Source of the DNA: a virus
Lineage: Duplodnaviria > Heunggongvirae > Uroviricota > Caudoviricetes
Length of the DNA stretch: 51,314 bases
Virus record (IMG/VR): IMGVR_UViG_3300042259_000065
Strand: one strand, 5' to 3'
Part shown: in pieces, positions 47,861 through 51,314 of the stretch
Layout: each line of letters opens with the position of its first letter
Position numbering within the stretch: position 1 is the first letter of the stretch
Made by a program: the position numbers and the translations under genes
The notes under the pieces: model-generated
What the model was told of the DNA's origin: nothing
The model's input: the letters and a program-made list of their open reading frames with translations, nothing else
Databases searched by the model: none

Positions 47861-48244
47861 ATGGGTAAAGTATATTCTTGTAAATGTTGTGGCTCTGATG
47901 TAACAGTACCTTATTTTTATAATAAAGGGGTTTATGGTTATACTTGCATCCGTAAAGTTAACCCAAACGCTAAAAAGACCAAAGCCAAATTTGTTAAAGT
48001 GGATTATATCGAAATTAAAAGAACCGAAGGAACGGCAACAGGCACAGCAGCGGCGTTATTAGATGGTAAAAAATACAATTGCGGCCGTATACTTTTTGAC
48101 ATGGCAGACGCACAGAAAGGGGTCTTTGAAAAATTTAAATGTTCTAACCTTCAGGAAACTGACCAAGGGTGGTTTATGATGGTAAAAGATACAAACGGAC
48201 GTGATCTATATAAAGATCGATATACAGGTAAATCAATTTTTTAA
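47861..48244 (+). CDS. Zn-finger early protein
   Basis: CKCCG...YGYTCIRK motif; promoter TTTACA-17-TATTAT upstream. Confidence 0.6.
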   Translation: MGKVYSCKCCGSDVTVPYFYNKGVYGYTCIRKVNPNAKKTKAKFVKVDYIEIKRTEGTATGTAAALLDGKKYNCGRILFDMADAQKGVFEKFKCSNLQETDQGWFMMVKDTNGRDLYKDRYTGKSIF

Positions 48245-48250
48245 CCTTAT

Positions 48251-48279
48251 AAGCCGCCAATTAAGGCGGCTTTTGTTTG
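48251..48279. terminator. Terminator between convergent genes
   Basis: AAGCCGCC-aattaa-GGCGGCTT followed by TTGTTTG. Confidence 0.75.
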
Positions 48280-48287
48280 TGTATCAA

Positions 48288-48776
48288 TCATACCTTTCTA
48301 AACAATTTATAATCGAACTGGTACAATTTCCCTTGTAATTGTTCACCTTGCACATTAAACCATTTCCTGTTAGTGATCGTTCTTGGTGTATTAACTTTGT
48401 ATTGATTGCTATCAAATCGCCCGTTATTAGATTTATTCTTGATGATAGTTAACAGGCCCACTTCAGAGAGCAGAGAGATCTTTCTTGATAACTTTCTATC
48501 ATTGATTCCTAGTTCTTCACATATTAGAGAATAATTAGGATAAATGTTATCGAAGCCATGTACCTTGCCAAAATTAAACAAATAAGAAAAAATCAGCTTA
48601 CAATCACTATCTAAGATCCACTCCTTATCTAATCCGGTTTTTTTATCTTTTATTGAATTAATAGCCTGAACTCTATAGATTCTAGACAGCCATTTTTTCA
48701 CGTTTACATAATGGCCCGTATCAATTTCTACATGATCATTGTAGAGTATCTTTTGTGTTCTCTTCAGTGTTGGCAT
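48288..48776 (-). CDS. Winged-helix DNA-binding protein (replication-initiator-like HTH)
   Basis: IYPNYSLICEELGINDRKLSRKISLLSEVGLLTI...SNQYKV. Confidence 0.7.
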   Translation of the reverse strand: MPTLKRTQKILYNDHVEIDTGHYVNVKKWLSRIYRVQAINSIKDKKTGLDKEWILDSDCKLIFSYLFNFGKVHGFDNIYPNYSLICEELGINDRKLSRKISLLSEVGLLTIIKNKSNNGRFDSNQYKVNTPRTITNRKWFNVQGEQLQGKLYQFDYKLFRKV

Positions 48777-50539
48777 TCTGTTTGCATCCTATTCGTGCAT
48801 GTTGTCGGTCTATTAGGTCAATTATTAATCTTGTCGGGGATATGCTCAATTCTTGGCATAATTCCATAACCTGATCAATAGTAACTTGATTATTGAGATT
48901 GATTCTCATTCTCAGTTATCCTTTAAGGTTGTTTGATGTACTACTAATTGTAACACAAATAAGAATGATTATCAATACCACCGACATATTGTCGTACGGT
49001 ATTTTGAGCAATCCCTTATACAGCAAGGCTTCACCCCATCCGACAAAATATCGGCATAAGAATACTATATAATACCTGCACAATATTAAAACTATCTAAA
49101 AGGATAACCTTTACTAAACAATAATACCGTGAGAGTGTATTAACTATTGACAAAGTGTTGTTTACACTGTAAATAATGATTATATGTTTGATAGTATGTG
49201 AAGATTAGATAGGAAAGAGGATAGTGAGAACTATCTGATTGACTAGATAAGCTGATAATCAAACAAAGGATAACATTAATGGTTACGTGAGTAACAAGGG
49301 GAATAACTAACAACGGAGTTGTAAAAGTATAACCTTTCGTCACGTAGTGACAATAATAGAACACTTGTAAGCATGTGATACGTTCAGGGAGGAGTTAAAT
49401 TATTCGTTAGAATTGTTTAACAACTCCTTCTCGCTATCGCTTACAAAGGTTATCACTATCTAATGCAACGCATTAAAATATTACACTTCTCATTCACATC
49501 CGTTAATAAAAATACAAATAATAACTATTATCATTACACTTTATAAACACAAATCATTCTCATAAACTAATACCATTCGGTGCATGTACACCAAATAATA
49601 GGTTATTAAGAATCATTCTTATTTATAACAGGTAAAACATGTGATTGTATATTGGATAATTGAGAAAGGTTATCATCTATTGGAAAGTGTTGATTGTTCG
49701 TTGCGATGCAACAAAGGATAGGTACTTGGTTACGTAGTAACAGTGTTGATATTTCTGGATTATAAAGGTCTACTATATTGGTGCCCTGCACCGAGCTTAA
49801 CACCACAATCTCAATTTATAACCTTTTATTAAAGCTTTCCTATCTCAAGTATCATACCTCTTCCAATAACATTACCCTTGTCACTCTGTGACGAAATAGA
49901 ACCACCTTTACAACTACGTTGTGATATTCTTGATTCTGTCAAAAATAACCATTCCTAAAATTACTACTCCCCAAATTTTAATTTCTAAAAATCTGTATAA
50001 ATTTCCCCAAGAATATTTTATTCAAAACTTATTCACTTTTATTGAATACAATATTTACCCAAAAGTATGGATATTTCCCCAAATAAACACCCTCAAAACT
50101 CCGTTTTAATAGGTATCCTTATAAAAATTTTTAGTATGTTTTCAAATATTATTTGAAGCAGGTTAATTTATGTTACTTGTAACAAAGAATCCTTAGTTCT
50201 CAATGGTTGGTGATATTTGGCATAGGATATTTTACTTGTAGCCAAGCTACAAAGAGGTAAGTATTTATTTTATATAGGATAATTTTATAAAAGGTAGGAT
50301 ATTTTAAGTGAGACATTTTGTCCTATTGTGTTATAAGTATATGAATACATTATAAATTTTATAGAATTAACAATAATTAACATGATAGGTGTGAATATTT
50401 GATTGAAAGGTATGATTTTGGTAAGATTTATATTGTGAGGAATGTAATAGTTTTAAAACTACGTTTAATATAGCTTTAATATGGCCGTGAGAGGCTTTCT
50501 GAGGGGTTTTATAGAATTAGTGTAGTGATTATGCTAATA

Positions 50540-50567
50540 AAAGAAAAGACGCCTGTGAGAGCGTCTT
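50540..50567 (-). terminator. Terminator after the methyltransferase
   Basis: AAGACGC-8 nt-GCGTCTT with TTCTTTT on the minus strand. Confidence 0.65.
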
Positions 50568-50591
50568 AGGAGGTTTATATTAAGTGTTAAT

Positions 50592-51314
50592 TTATAATGT
50601 ATTATATGGATTATCAAAACTACAATTCTTAACCCACTCGACACTTTTATTGAACTGTTGTGTATCCATTTCAATACAAATACTATTACGGCCTTCCAGA
50701 TAACAAGCTACTGCTGTTGACATACTGCCTGCAGTAAAGTCTAGGACAGTAGCACCTTCGTTGGTGTAGGTTCTAATCATATAACGTAGTAAGTCTAATG
50801 GTTTTTGTGTAGAGTGGAGATTAAGCTTTTGTTTATCACTGGAAAACTTTAAGACGTCACGAGGGTATCTATCAGTCTGACCTCCACCAGAAATACCTAA
50901 TGTAACTTTACCATAGAGTTCACCATCATCGCCGTGCTTTGTATAGGTGTTGGCAGGTTTGTGTCCATTAGTCTTTTGTGGGTTATATGTAGGTAGTTTA
51001 TTATAAAACACTAGAATGTTCTCATGAGCTTTCATAGGCATCTTCTTTGCATTAAGATGACCTGTAGCAGAAGTTTTCTCCCAAATCCATTCATATTTAA
51101 GTTTACCTATATTGCTACAACCTAAGACTTTATCAAAAGGTGTTTGTGCAAACAATAAAATAGGAGTATCTGTGTAGGTATGTAATGGTAACCATTTCCA
51201 CATTTCTTCTAAATCTACACATGAATCCCATGGTGCTTGCGTGGTTCCATAAGGCAGGTCTGTCAAAACTAAATCTACAGATGTGTAATCTAAATCAGCA
51301 CTACAGACTTTGGT
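50592..51314 (-). CDS. DNA adenine/N4-cytosine methyltransferase, beta class (5' end outside window)
   Basis: Motif IV TDLPYG precedes HSTQKP...VLDFTAGS (motif I); frame open to the window edge. Confidence 0.9.
   Translation of the reverse strand, partial: TKVCSADLDYTSVDLVLTDLPYGTTQAPWDSCVDLEEMWKWLPLHTYTDTPILLFAQTPFDKVLGCSNIGKLKYEWIWEKTSATGHLNAKKMPMKAHENILVFYNKLPTYNPQKTNGHKPANTYTKHGDDGELYGKVTLGISGGGQTDRYPRDVLKFSSDKQKLNLHSTQKPLDLLRYMIRTYTNEGATVLDFTAGSMSTAVACYLEGRNSICIEMDTQQFNKSVEWVKNCSFDNPYNTL

Noticed and set aside
14276-51314. DGR template repeat, Avd or reverse transcriptase
   Set aside because: No AAC-rich copy of the VR and no RT motif in any ORF in this window.
1-51314. CRISPR array, tRNA or rRNA genes
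   Set aside because: No regularly spaced repeat-spacer units and no cloverleaf with T-loop/D-loop consensus recognised; the 33-bp repeat occurs only twice and is a promoter.

Overview
A 51-kb segment of a large lytic, AT-rich myovirus. The host is probably a gammaproteobacterium, possibly Vibrionaceae; this is inference only. Layout: (1) 1-16.1 kb, + strand contractile-tail module (sheath end, tube, frameshifting chaperone, tape measure, baseplate, fibres, lysis-like genes, second receptor-binding protein); (2) 16.5-28.8 kb, - strand replication module (SSB-like protein, family A DNA polymerase, primase-helicase, RNase H); (3) 28.9-42.4 kb, + strand small accessory genes; (4) 42.4-50.5 kb, early-promoter and non-coding region; (5) a partial DNA methyltransferase. 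The window is rich in mobile elements that the ORF track hides. I reconstruct five group I introns by hand. Three split the tape measure gene around micro-exons of 18 and 8 nt. One splits polymerase motif C (H|D). One separates the last three codons (IPF) of the SSB DDDIPF tip. There are four HNH-type endonucleases and two TnpB elements with related ends, one of them an IS607 pro-Fanzor-like TnpB overlapping tnpA. A tail fibre carries a DGR-type variable repeat with no RT or template repeat in the window. A 441-aa protein has T7-RNAP/PolA-like catalytic motifs. The early region has stem-loop sigma70 promoters with phased CRP-like boxes, flanked by Fur-box-like clusters. No CRISPR array or tRNA was seen. 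All calls come from manual motif reading and base-pairing; no database search was run.
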